The notes under the pieces were generated by a model. That model saw nothing but the letters and a program-made list of their open reading frames with translations, searched no databases and was not told the DNA's origin. The position numbers and the translations under genes were made by a program. A stretch of 64,000 nt of DNA, taken from the NCBI GenBank assembly GCA_963845065.1, contig CAWJQQ010000009.1:352001-416000 (forward strand). The letters run 5' to 3'. This stretch comes from Nitrospirota bacterium. GTDB lineage: Bacteria > Nitrospirota > UBA9217. This document shows positions 39,378 through 48,784 of the stretch, one piece after another (position 1 is the stretch's first letter; each line of letters starts with the position of its first letter).

Positions 39378-41561
39378 ATGAAAGCTAGCAGTAAAGAAGG
39401 CCAAACCGGGTGGAAGGGAGTCCTGTATCTCTTCGGGTTTCTCGCACTGACCGCACTTGCCATGGTGCTACAACTCGAACACAGGGGGTTTGGAGGCCCG
39501 CTTTCCGATAACATTCTCATATTTCTGCTCGTGAGCGCGAATTTCCTGCTCTTTGCGGTTGTCATAGTCATGATTGCCAGGAGCCTTTGGAAACTCTCTG
39601 TCGAACGAAAGCACGGAGTGCTGGGCGCTCGCTTTCGGAGAAAACTCGTTTTTGCATTTGTCAGCCTTTCGTTTATCCCGCCTGTTCTTCTGTACTTTAT
39701 CGGGAGCGGGATGTTCACCAGCAGTATAGAGCGGTTGTTCAGTCTTCGCATTGAAAATTCCCTGAAGGATTCCATAGTCCTTACGCAGGAATATTACGAC
39801 CGGCTTCAAAAAGACGCCTTCTCTTTTGCTAAGCAGATTAGCAGTCAAATGAGCGAGACCCGGCTCCTGACGCAATTTGAAAACCCAGTACTCAAAGACT
39901 ATCTGGCAAAAAAAGGGAATGAGTACGGCCTGGGATCCGTCGAGCTTTTCCTTGGACCGAATAAGCGCACCGTAGTCGTAGTGACTAGCCAATATCCGGC
40001 CAGGACCTTTACCCAGACGCCACCTGAGCTGGTAGCCCAGGCACTCGCGGGCCAGGAAGCAGCTGATATATCCAGTACGGGAAACAATAAGGGTGATAGC
40101 CTGAGGGCAGTTGTTCCGCTCTACGAGACCTCGGAAAGAGGCCCGGTCACTGCCGCGATCGCTGTCAGTTATTATGTCCCTCAGAACCTGTCTGCGAAAG
40201 TGGATTCGATACGTGAGGGGTACGTGCAGTATCGGCAGGCATTCAAAAAAAAGGAACCGATCAAGGTTGCCTATCAGCTCGGTTTTCTTGCAGTTACCCT
40301 CGCGCTCCTTCTTGCCGCGATCTGGGTGGCGCTCCGGGTTGCTGCCGGCATCACTGTCCCGATCAAGAAACTCGCTGAAGGGACCGCAGCGGTCGCGGCA
40401 GGCAAATTTGATTATCACATCGACGAGAAGTCCGGCGACGAAGTAGGTGTGCTGATCGATTCCTTCAATCTGATGACCAAGGAACTCAAGGCCTCCCGGG
40501 AGCTGCTTGAGCAGGAAATGAACTATAAGAAGACGATCCTATCAAACATCGACACGGGAGTCGTATCCATCGACCGGGCGGCGCGGATAACAACAGTCAA
40601 CCAGTCCGCTTCGGAGGTCCTCGGCATCCGGGAAGAAGATGTACTCGGAAAACGGTACGATGAGGCCTTTGAGTTCATTGAGTTGGGTCCGATCCGCGGC
40701 CTGTTCCGCAAGCTGGAAGAGGGCCAGGGGTGGGCTGAGGAGGAACTTCAACTGAACGTTCGTGGTCGCATGCTGACCTTAAGGATGCGGGTCTCGACCC
40801 TTCGTGACGGCAGCGGTATGCTCATAGGATCTGTCATTACCTTCGACGATCTCACTGAACTCCTCCGGGCAAAAAAAGCCGAGACCTGGCAGGACGTTGC
40901 CAGGCGGATTGCGCACGAGTTCAAAAACCCGTTGACGCCCATCAAACTTTCCGCAGAACGCCTTCGGAAGAAATATGCAGAGGGCTCGCCGGACTTTGAT
41001 GCTGTTTTCGATGAGTGCAGTCGGACAATCGTCCAGGAAGCCGACGGCTTGCGGAACCTTGTTGACGAATTCGCGAATTTTGCCCGAATGCCGAGTTCAA
41101 AGCCAGTCCCCCAGTCGCTGGCTCCAGTGCTTGAAAACGTGGTTCAGCTTTACAGTGGTGCGCACAAAGACATTGTGGTAGTGAAAGACATTGCGCCGGA
41201 CATGCCCTTTGTGCTTTTGGACAATGAACAGATAAAGCGTGTATTCATCAATCTTTTCGAGAATGCCGTGGAGGCGATGGGCGGCAAAGGCAGAATCTGG
41301 ATTTCAGCAGGAATGAACACTAACAATATGGCGCAGATCATCGTGGCAGATGAGGGCACGGGAATAACGAATGAAGACATTCCCAAGTTATTTCAACCTG
41401 ATTTTTCGAGGAAGAAGAAAATGAGCGGACTGGGTCTATCTATTGTGCTTCGGATCATCAAGGACCATGGCGGGGTGATCCGCGTGGAGCAGAATAGCCC
41501 CCGAGGGGCGCGGTTTGTCATTGAACTCCCCGCTACAATGAAGGAAGTCAGGAGCGCATAA
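39378..41561 (+). CDS. NtrY-like sensor histidine kinase (HAMP-PAS-HisKA-HATPase)
   Basis: W.DVARRIAHEFKNPLTPIKLSAERL, N/G boxes, NtrY-type N-terminal TM segments. Start trimmed. Confidence 0.88.
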   Translation: MKASSKEGQTGWKGVLYLFGFLALTALAMVLQLEHRGFGGPLSDNILIFLLVSANFLLFAVVIVMIARSLWKLSVERKHGVLGARFRRKLVFAFVSLSFIPPVLLYFIGSGMFTSSIERLFSLRIENSLKDSIVLTQEYYDRLQKDAFSFAKQISSQMSETRLLTQFENPVLKDYLAKKGNEYGLGSVELFLGPNKRTVVVVTSQYPARTFTQTPPELVAQALAGQEAADISSTGNNKGDSLRAVVPLYETSERGPVTAAIAVSYYVPQNLSAKVDSIREGYVQYRQAFKKKEPIKVAYQLGFLAVTLALLLAAIWVALRVAAGITVPIKKLAEGTAAVAAGKFDYHIDEKSGDEVGVLIDSFNLMTKELKASRELLEQEMNYKKTILSNIDTGVVSIDRAARITTVNQSASEVLGIREEDVLGKRYDEAFEFIELGPIRGLFRKLEEGQGWAEEELQLNVRGRMLTLRMRVSTLRDGSGMLIGSVITFDDLTELLRAKKAETWQDVARRIAHEFKNPLTPIKLSAERLRKKYAEGSPDFDAVFDECSRTIVQEADGLRNLVDEFANFARMPSSKPVPQSLAPVLENVVQLYSGAHKDIVVVKDIAPDMPFVLLDNEQIKRVFINLFENAVEAMGGKGRIWISAGMNTNNMAQIIVADEGTGITNEDIPKLFQPDFSRKKKMSGLGLSIVLRIIKDHGGVIRVEQNSPRGARFVIELPATMKEVRSA

Positions 41562-41580
41562 TACAGGGTTCGTAACTATA

Positions 41581-41601
41581 CTGAAGAGACTTTCTCTTCA
41601 G
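41581..41601 (+). terminator. Hairpin after the kinase gene
   Basis: CTGAAGAGA-CTT-TCTCTTCAG with no strong T-tract. Confidence 0.4.
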
Positions 41602-41656
41602 ACTGTAAACCGTGAATTCTGAGCTGTTAACTTAAGAAATTGGAGGATATTCTATT

Positions 41657-42025
41657 TTGGATACAGCTTCAACAATACTTATAAGTCTTGTTGCACTCTA
41701 TATGATCATCAAACTGTTCGGTTTGCTGAGCCGGTGGGGAATTAAACAGATCCGGCCGCAGGAACTCGATCAAAAAAAGGGGGTTGTACTTCTCGACGTC
41801 CGCACGGACAAGGAGTATGCTCAGGGACACATCCCTGGCGCCGTCCATGTTCCGCTCACGGATATTGGTGAAAAAGTCAAAAAACTCAAGAAGGACAAGG
41901 ATATTATAGTTTTTTGTCAGAACGGGAACCGCAGCATCTGGGCAATTAAGCGGTTGATGGGCATGGGTTACAAGAACTTGTATAATTTGAAGGGCGGCTA
42001 CCGTGCCTGGAAAAGAACTCATTGA
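41657..42025 (+). CDS. Membrane-anchored rhodanese-like protein
   Basis: LDVRT..EY..GHIPGA, catalytic CQNGNRS, LKGG..AW. Confidence 0.88.
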   Translation: MDTASTILISLVALYMIIKLFGLLSRWGIKQIRPQELDQKKGVVLLDVRTDKEYAQGHIPGAVHVPLTDIGEKVKKLKKDKDIIVFCQNGNRSIWAIKRLMGMGYKNLYNLKGGYRAWKRTH

Positions 42026-42656
42026 TGAACTGAAACGCGACTACCGCTCGAAAAGGCCGCAGATCGTGAAGCGTCTTGCCGAGTTTAAAAAAAGATATAA
42101 GAAAGGCGATCGCGCGATCTTCGAAGAACTTTGTTACTGCATCGTGACTGCTGGTAGCAGCGCGAAGATGGGCATGAAGACGGTGGCAGTACTTCATGAT
42201 ATATTGCATTCCGGCAGCATGTTAGAACTTCGAAATCGCGCACAGGCTCACCGCGTGAGGTTCTGGCGTGTACGGACCACCTACATCTATCATACCCGCG
42301 AGTATTTGAAGGCTGCCTGCGGGTTCAAACTCCGCCGGCTGCTCGAGTCCTTCGATGGTCGGGACGCCCGCCGTGATTTTTTTGCACAGAACAAATCAGT
42401 CAAGGGCTTGGGGTATAAAGAAGCGAGCCATTTCCTCCGTAACATCGGCTTCCCCGGTTATGCTATCCTCGATAAGCATATCATGAATAGCCTCCGTGAA
42501 ATGGGCGTGATCAGTAAAAAAATGCGCCATACGACGCGAGCCGGATACCTGGAAATCGAAAAACGGCTTGAACAGTTCGCCGCTGAAATCGGAATAGATA
42601 TGGACCATCTCGACCTGCTCCTGTGGTCGAGAAAAACAGGTGAAATATTGAAATAA
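42003..42656 (+). CDS. ogg: 8-oxoguanine DNA glycosylase/lyase, Ogg2 type
   Basis: FEELCYCI.T, GLGYKEASHFLRNIG, AILDKH, LDLLLW..KTG.ILK. Confidence 0.88.
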   Translation: MPGKELIDELKRDYRSKRPQIVKRLAEFKKRYKKGDRAIFEELCYCIVTAGSSAKMGMKTVAVLHDILHSGSMLELRNRAQAHRVRFWRVRTTYIYHTREYLKAACGFKLRRLLESFDGRDARRDFFAQNKSVKGLGYKEASHFLRNIGFPGYAILDKHIMNSLREMGVISKKMRHTTRAGYLEIEKRLEQFAAEIGIDMDHLDLLLWSRKTGEILK

Positions 42657-42712
42657 CAGCTGGCGTCGTTGGTAGCACAGGCAGTTATGTCTACCGTGAT
42701 TGAGGTGTGTTC

Positions 42713-43012
42713 ATGTCCGACAAGGGGCTTAAAAAGGCGGTTCTCATCGGCGCAGTGCTCGGCGCCCTCGTTACGTTGGGTATTGCTCTATCAATGGACT
42801 TATTTTTTGCCAACACCCTTCAGGGGACCTGGTGGGACGCTGCAGCCAAGGACGTAACAAAGATGTTCGGACCGGCATGCGGGCACAATGTCATTGCCGT
42901 GACCCTTGTCCTCGTCATGGTGATGGGATTTCTAGCTGGTTTTGGTGCCATGCTTGGCGCGGCTGCAGGACTCTTCATGAATCGATTTTTTAAAGTGGTC
43001 CTCAAACTTTAG
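42713..43012 (+). CDS. Hypothetical small membrane protein
   Basis: Two hydrophobic segments, RBS GAGGTG. Confidence 0.6.
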   Translation: MSDKGLKKAVLIGAVLGALVTLGIALSMDLFFANTLQGTWWDAAAKDVTKMFGPACGHNVIAVTLVLVMVMGFLAGFGAMLGAAAGLFMNRFFKVVLKL

Positions 43013-43052
43013 TGGAGGGCAGGGGGCAAGCTTTCAAACGGGGGAAAAGACG

Positions 43053-43088
43053 ACGGATGAACGAATTTCCACAGGTTCATCCGTTTTT
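43053..43088. terminator. Terminator hairpin between convergent genes
   Basis: ACGGATGAAC...GTTCATCCGT followed by TTTT. Confidence 0.6.
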
Positions 43089-44857
43089 CATTTATCGGGT
43101 ATCGATTTATTCTGCAGCAAAGAGCATAAGGGATTGCGCGAGCGCATGTCCTGCCGGACTTCCGAGAACACCAGTTTCATGATATTCGGCAGTCTGAGCT
43201 TCCAACCCTTGATGGGCCAGTCGAGCTCATGTTTGCCGCATACGATATCGAGCGTATTCAGGCTGAAGATCTCTTTGCGGAGTTCATCATCAATAAGTTC
43301 GGGATCTGTGATTTTTTCGCTCAATATGATTGCCCGCTTAAGGTGATCACGAATCTTTAGGGCGGTCCGTTGACTGATGACGCCGTATTGTTCCTTAATG
43401 GCGAGGAGCTTCAATGCACTATCATAGGTTGACTTTACGATCTCATCTCTCGTCATCCACTTCGTTTCGTAGTTCAGCGTGAATTTCCAACTCGGCTGGA
43501 GCATGGCCTGCCGGTGTTCTTTGAGTGTCTTATAGAAAAAGCGGTAGCCATATTTATCAGGGTTTTCAAAAATATCACTGCCGGGGTCGATAAAAGGTGC
43601 GAGCGGTGCAATAAAAGGAAGTACTTTGCCCCGGTTGCCATCGGTACCGAACTTATCCAGGAGCCTGCCGCAGTAGGCGACGGTATCCATTACCGACTGG
43701 TAAGTCTGGTTCTGCAGCCCCACCATGAAAAAGAGGTCGATCCGCTTGCACCCTACATTGATGAGCGTCTCGATCATACCCTCGAGGGCGCTGTTGTCGT
43801 AATCCTTTCCAAAAGTTCTGCGGACGTTGATATCGTGTGATTCCGGAGATATTTCGACGTTGAACGTTTCTATGCAATCCGCCGCTTTCTTAAGAAACTC
43901 AGTCGTCGGCGGACTGAAAAATTCGATACAAATCTCGTTTCTGATGCGGTGCTTCTTGACGGCCTCCAGGAACCGATCGCTGTAATCACGGCCTGCCTGC
44001 AGCAGGTCTCCGAGTACCATCATCGGTGCCCCGGTGTAATCCGCTATCTTCCTTATGTCCTGAGCCACAAGTTCCGGTGAACGGAAACATGCGTGGGACC
44101 GTCCGCACACCGTCCGGAACGACGAAATCGACCCCCCGCAGGTGCCGCAGTTGTGATTGCATCCTCGAACAGAGAAGACTGCGGTCACGGGGTAGCTGAG
44201 CCAGTACTTGAACGGTATGTATCCCGAGGGGTCCCGGTACTTGATTGCCATCTTGAGAAGATGGGAGTAATCGAAGTCGACGTAGTCGAGGTTTTCCGGC
44301 TTGAACGAGCACTCGTTTACCATTTCGCGCCCTTGTCCATCTCTCCACACGAGGTTTGGCACTTCCTCGAATCCGGAGCCAGACTGTATCGCCTTGAGCA
44401 GCAGCCTGAGCGGTTCTTCGGTTGATTCGCCGCAGACGATGAAATCGACAAAGGGATAATCTTGCATGATTTCTTTGTGATAGTACGTGGCACTGAGGCC
44501 GCCGAGGATGACCGGCTTATCGGGATGATGTTTTTTAACCATTTCTGCAAGACTGAGGCTGCCATCCACATGGGGTAGCCAATGCAGGTCTATGCCGAAG
44601 GCTCCAGCGTCAAGATTCTTGACGAATCGTTCGGCGTCAAACGAAGGGGAGCGAAGCATGCTGAGGGCCATGTTGATGATCCGTACCGAGATGTCGTGCT
44701 TGGTTAGATAATTAGAAATGGTGAGAAACCCGATGGGGTAAATCTCGAAGATCGATGAAGATGGTACGACGTCGCTGACGGGGCCGAAGAAGAGAGGCAG
44801 GTCGCGGAAATGGAAGACGCTCGGCGGATGGAGCAGAAGCAGGTCAGGTCTGGGCAT
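43088..44857 (-). CDS. B12-binding-domain radical SAM protein (resembles TIGR04190/Ta0216 family)
   Basis: LLLHPPS..YPIGF, GIDLHWLPH, RGCNHNCGTCGG (CxxxCxxC), ISPESHD. Confidence 0.82.
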   Translation of the reverse strand: MPRPDLLLLHPPSVFHFRDLPLFFGPVSDVVPSSSIFEIYPIGFLTISNYLTKHDISVRIINMALSMLRSPSFDAERFVKNLDAGAFGIDLHWLPHVDGSLSLAEMVKKHHPDKPVILGGLSATYYHKEIMQDYPFVDFIVCGESTEEPLRLLLKAIQSGSGFEEVPNLVWRDGQGREMVNECSFKPENLDYVDFDYSHLLKMAIKYRDPSGYIPFKYWLSYPVTAVFSVRGCNHNCGTCGGSISSFRTVCGRSHACFRSPELVAQDIRKIADYTGAPMMVLGDLLQAGRDYSDRFLEAVKKHRIRNEICIEFFSPPTTEFLKKAADCIETFNVEISPESHDINVRRTFGKDYDNSALEGMIETLINVGCKRIDLFFMVGLQNQTYQSVMDTVAYCGRLLDKFGTDGNRGKVLPFIAPLAPFIDPGSDIFENPDKYGYRFFYKTLKEHRQAMLQPSWKFTLNYETKWMTRDEIVKSTYDSALKLLAIKEQYGVISQRTALKIRDHLKRAIILSEKITDPELIDDELRKEIFSLNTLDIVCGKHELDWPIKGWKLRLPNIMKLVFSEVRQDMRSRNPLCSLLQNKSIPDK

Positions 44858-45497
44858 GGGCTGTTTCGTCTCCGTAAATCTTTCTTGTAAATGTGTCAGT
44901 TATATCGCTTGTTATTGCCTCCATGGCATGGTACAAACCTTCGGCGTAGGAGCCGACCATTTTGTTCAAGGGGCCGAAGAGGCGCAGGGATTTGCTCAGT
45001 ATCCTTGTTTCCTCATTATAGAGGTGCAGTATGTCAATGAGACGCTTTTTAAATTTCTTTCTTGTGTATGCGGCTCTGGCGGCATCGGCAAAAGATCCTG
45101 CCTCTGGCCAGTTCTCCAGGAGGGCGTAGACGGTTTTTGAAATGAGCCAAATGCGCTGGATTCGAATGTCGGCGAAATCGACGTAGCGCATGTGAAAGGA
45201 AAGGGTGGGAATGAAAAGATTATTCAGAAAATCTTTATCAACTTGCTTCGTTTCCTCAAAAACATCTTCCAGATCAAGATCACGTGCAGGCTTTCCTTCA
45301 TCATATTTTTCCGCAGCGAATTCAATGATGAGCCGGTCTTTGTCAACCTCTTTTTTTACATTTGCATCGATGTAGGCTGAAAAGAAAGGGAGCCTGGCAA
45401 GCACCAACGAGTGTTGACTGGCACGCTTGAGGCTCTGCTGGGAAAAACTGTACATTAGCTCCTTGTCTTTTTTGCACATGATTGCAACCCTATCCAC
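44844..45497 (-). CDS. Hypothetical protein, coupled between ubiE and the radical SAM gene
   Basis: 217-aa ORF overlapping both neighbours. Confidence 0.7.
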   Translation of the reverse strand: MDRVAIMCKKDKELMYSFSQQSLKRASQHSLVLARLPFFSAYIDANVKKEVDKDRLIIEFAAEKYDEGKPARDLDLEDVFEETKQVDKDFLNNLFIPTLSFHMRYVDFADIRIQRIWLISKTVYALLENWPEAGSFADAARAAYTRKKFKKRLIDILHLYNEETRILSKSLRLFGPLNKMVGSYAEGLYHAMEAITSDITDTFTRKIYGDETAHAQT

Positions 45498-46197
45498 GTT
45501 TCACCGCTGTATACAACGTTGCAATACCGAAAGTCAATGAATCAACCCTTATGTTGTCGAAGCCGCATTTGTTAATCATTTCCTTGAATTCAACGGGTGG
45601 ATAAAAGGAATTAATGGAGCGGTGCAAATAGAGATAGGGCTCCGCGTTCTTGATGAACAATTTCGATATCAACGGCATGACCTTGAAAACGTACCACTCG
45701 TAGAAGAAGCGGAACCAGCGATACTGGGGCCGCGTCAGTTCGAGGCAGACGAATTTGCCTCCCGGCTTCAGGACCCGGTCTATCTCTTGCAGCGCTAGGG
45801 CCGTATCGGGGATGTTGCGCATGCCGAACGCGACCGTAACTGCATCGAAGGTGTTGTCTCGAAAAGGAACTTTCTTGGCATCGGACAATATGAAAGAGAG
45901 ATTCTCATGATTCTCACCTTTTTTGCGCCGAGCAAGGTCGAGCATCTCTTCGCAGAAGTCGGCCCCGGTGACTGAACCCTGTGGACCAACGTGGCGGGAG
46001 AGCAAAAAGGCAAGTTCTCCAGTTCCGCTGCAGACGTCAAGTACGTGCTCACCCTCGAGAATGCCTGAGCGCATAACAGCCTTTCTGCGCCAGAGGTGGT
46101 CAAGTCCGAAGCTGAAACCGTGGCTAAGGAAGTCGACGTAGGGGGCTACCGTTGTAAAAATATGTTTGATAAATAGGTCGCGATGTTTTAATGACAT
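45490..46197 (-). CDS. ubiE: UbiE/MenG-family quinone C-methyltransferase
   Basis: F...A...D......SFGLD.LWRR, VLDVCSGTG, FDAVTVAFGMRN, RVLKPGG. Confidence 0.85.
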   Translation of the reverse strand: MSLKHRDLFIKHIFTTVAPYVDFLSHGFSFGLDHLWRRKAVMRSGILEGEHVLDVCSGTGELAFLLSRHVGPQGSVTGADFCEEMLDLARRKKGENHENLSFILSDAKKVPFRDNTFDAVTVAFGMRNIPDTALALQEIDRVLKPGGKFVCLELTRPQYRWFRFFYEWYVFKVMPLISKLFIKNAEPYLYLHRSINSFYPPVEFKEMINKCGFDNIRVDSLTFGIATLYTAVKRG

Positions 46198-46200
46198 AGA

Positions 46201-47016
46201 TTAATATATGAACTGTCCCATCAAGATTAAAATAAGCAGGCTGAAGCCTGCCAGAACTATGGCAAAGCCGAACAGGATACCGGTATCGGTGATCCAAGTC
46301 TTCTGCGGCTCGATCATATAATCATCAAGCCGGTGTTCATCTACGAGGCGCTGGTATTCGAGTGGGCGCTCATGCTGCAGCTCATGGAGCGTGACCCTCC
46401 CGGTGAAGATGACCAGATCCATGGGAAATTTTTCCGGTCGTAGGTGGGTGTTGAAAAAATGGATCGTGAAGATGAAGCCGGCTGCGAGGAGTGCCTCATC
46501 GCTGTGAATGACTGTGGCAATGTTAAACACCCATCCGGGCAGGAAGCGGCCGAAAAACTCGGGGAACCAGAGGAACAGGCCTGATACACCGATCATGCCG
46601 ACGCCCCAGAAGACAGCCCAGTAGTCGAACTTTTCCCAGTATGTGAAGTGGTCGAACTCCGGCCGGGGCCCCATGCCGAAGAACCAGCGGAAACTACCGT
46701 AGATGTCTTCAAGGTCTTTGAGCCAGGGCACCATGGATTCGGGTCCCAGGATATTGAACCGGAACTTCCTAACGATCGCGATATCGTAAATGGCATACCC
46801 GATGTGGGCGGCGAAGTACCCAAAGGTGATGACGGCGCAGGTCCGGTGTATGATCCCGGCTGCATGATACCCGCCGAAGAGCCCCATGAGCCACGCGGCC
46901 CAGGGATCGTTTGCATACTTGAGCGGCATGCCCGAAGCCACGAGCCCGATGAAGCTCACGACCATGGCGATATGGAGTACTCGGTGGTAGGCATTGAATC
47001 GTTTTATCTCTGCCAC
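46201..47016 (-). CDS. Di-heme cytochrome b subunit (FdnI/HydC-like)
   Basis: RF...HR.LH, IHR, FTYWEKFDYWAVFWG, IHSDEA.LA..FIF..HFF. Confidence 0.88.
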   Translation of the reverse strand: MAEIKRFNAYHRVLHIAMVVSFIGLVASGMPLKYANDPWAAWLMGLFGGYHAAGIIHRTCAVITFGYFAAHIGYAIYDIAIVRKFRFNILGPESMVPWLKDLEDIYGSFRWFFGMGPRPEFDHFTYWEKFDYWAVFWGVGMIGVSGLFLWFPEFFGRFLPGWVFNIATVIHSDEALLAAGFIFTIHFFNTHLRPEKFPMDLVIFTGRVTLHELQHERPLEYQRLVDEHRLDDYMIEPQKTWITDTGILFGFAIVLAGFSLLILILMGQFIY

Positions 47017-47017
47017 G

Positions 47018-48001
47018 TTACTCGCCCCCTTTTTTGCTCATGCGCTCTTTCAGCGCACGGAAGGCCCACAGGAATGTGTGGGTCAAGAAGAATGAAAAAG
47101 TGCCGAGCAGCAGCACGGTCATGAATAAGAACGTGTAGTACAGCACCGGGTATTTGGTCCGGTTCCTTGCATCAGGATGGGCGTAGAATTTTGTGAAGCC
47201 CGAAGTGGCCGCAGGATGACACTTCCGGCAGGTCTGCAAAATGTTTTTTGGCGAGAGCGTCGAATCCGGGCTATCGACCAGCTGAATGTTATGGGACCCG
47301 TGGCAATCCGAACACTTTGCCACAGTGGTATATCCGAGTTCCGATACTTGACCATGGTATGTTTCTCGGTACGTCTTTATTTCTTCGGGATGACAGTACC
47401 CGCACTGTTTGATCAGTGACAGCTGCCATTCGTTGCTCGCTGTAGGAGGTGTCATATGCTCCAAATGACATTGAAAGCATGTAGGTGCTGCACTGTTCTT
47501 ATCCTCCAGGAGCTGTCTTCCGTGTATACTGGCTTTATAGACTTCGAACTCCTGAGGATGACACTTCGCACAGAGGGTCGGAATCTTCTGTCTATACGTG
47601 GCAGAACGGGGGTCATCGGAGGGGTATATATAATGTGAGCCATGACAAGTTTGGCATGTAGGCGCCATGGAACCTCCCAGGGCCTTGACCTGGTTATGCA
47701 CGCTCAACTTGTATTGCTGGGCCTGCTCTTTAGGGGCGCCTCTCGTACCGATGAAATGACAGGTTCCGCAGTTGACTTTCGAGACTTTCGAATGAGGATA
47801 TCCAGATACGTCGTAGTGACACTTAGTACAGGCCAGATCCCCGTGTACGGATTGCTGAAATTCAGATCCGTCAACATACCCGGTCATGCCTTTCTGACCA
47901 TGGCAATCCAAACAGGGGTCCTTGGAAGCAGCAGGCGAAGGGAACATCAGGTAAGAAGCAACGAAGAGAAGGGCGAGGTGCTTCTTCAACGCATGATTCA
48001 T
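47018..48001 (-). CDS. Nonaheme cytochrome c with C-terminal membrane anchor
   Basis: Signal peptide and nine CXXCH motifs (CLDCH, CTKCH, CGTCH, CQTCH, CAKCH, CFQCH, CGYCH, CSDCH, CRKCH); C-terminal TM helix containing His. Confidence 0.93.
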   Translation of the reverse strand: MNHALKKHLALLFVASYLMFPSPAASKDPCLDCHGQKGMTGYVDGSEFQQSVHGDLACTKCHYDVSGYPHSKVSKVNCGTCHFIGTRGAPKEQAQQYKLSVHNQVKALGGSMAPTCQTCHGSHYIYPSDDPRSATYRQKIPTLCAKCHPQEFEVYKASIHGRQLLEDKNSAAPTCFQCHLEHMTPPTASNEWQLSLIKQCGYCHPEEIKTYRETYHGQVSELGYTTVAKCSDCHGSHNIQLVDSPDSTLSPKNILQTCRKCHPAATSGFTKFYAHPDARNRTKYPVLYYTFLFMTVLLLGTFSFFLTHTFLWAFRALKERMSKKGGE

Positions 48002-48443
48002 GACAACATTCTAGGAAAAAAACTACTGACTGTCAAGAGACTTCTGATTATTTTAAAAATAAATTTCATCGTGACTGAAACGCGACCCTTCGTCAAGCCC
48101 ATCTTATTGAGCGAAGATAGGGTTTTACTCTCTTCAAGAAAAGAGGAGAGTTATGGTTTCGGTTAGGATTCTGGTGACCGAACATAATATTGCATTTCTT
48201 CCCCAGAGAGCGGTTAAGGAGGAGTTTATCACTTTTACCAAAAACACCCCATCCAAACGATGTATTGGTTGGCTTTAAATTTCTCCCAATATTTGACAAA
48301 CTGAACAAAGGTATAGCATAATATATTGTATGAACTTCACACCTCCATATCATAACAACAGCTCCATCCTAAAAACCCGCTTATCTGTAATAGAGCAATA
48401 CCAGGGTGCCTTATCATTTACGGTAACATTTGAGGAGGAGGAA

Positions 48444-48779
48444 ATGATGAATGCTAAAACGAAAGAACCTTTTACCCCGCAGGAAACGTTCGATACGATC
48501 AGGAAGGAGATCATTGCCGAGCTTCTACAGGGAACTTGCTCTGCTAGAGACCTTTCTGCTGCTGCAGGGATTCCGGAGCGTGACGTATATAATCATCTCG
48601 AACACATCCACAAGTCGATTGTTTCGTCGAACCTGCATTTAGTCATCACTCCTGCTGAGTGCAAAAAGTGCGGTTTTGTTTTTGCAAAACGGGAAAAGCT
48701 GAAGAGGCCGGGAAAGTGCCCGGTGTGCAAAGGAGAATCAATCCGGGAACCCCTTTTTGCGATTAAGGACCCGCATTGA
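48444..48779 (+). CDS. HTH + Zn-ribbon transcriptional regulator (COG3357-like)
   Basis: SARDLS...ERDVYNHLEHI, CKKCGF, CPVCK; RBS GAGGAGG. Confidence 0.8.
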   Translation: MMNAKTKEPFTPQETFDTIRKEIIAELLQGTCSARDLSAAAGIPERDVYNHLEHIHKSIVSSNLHLVITPAECKKCGFVFAKREKLKRPGKCPVCKGESIREPLFAIKDPH

Positions 48780-48784
48780 GGGCA

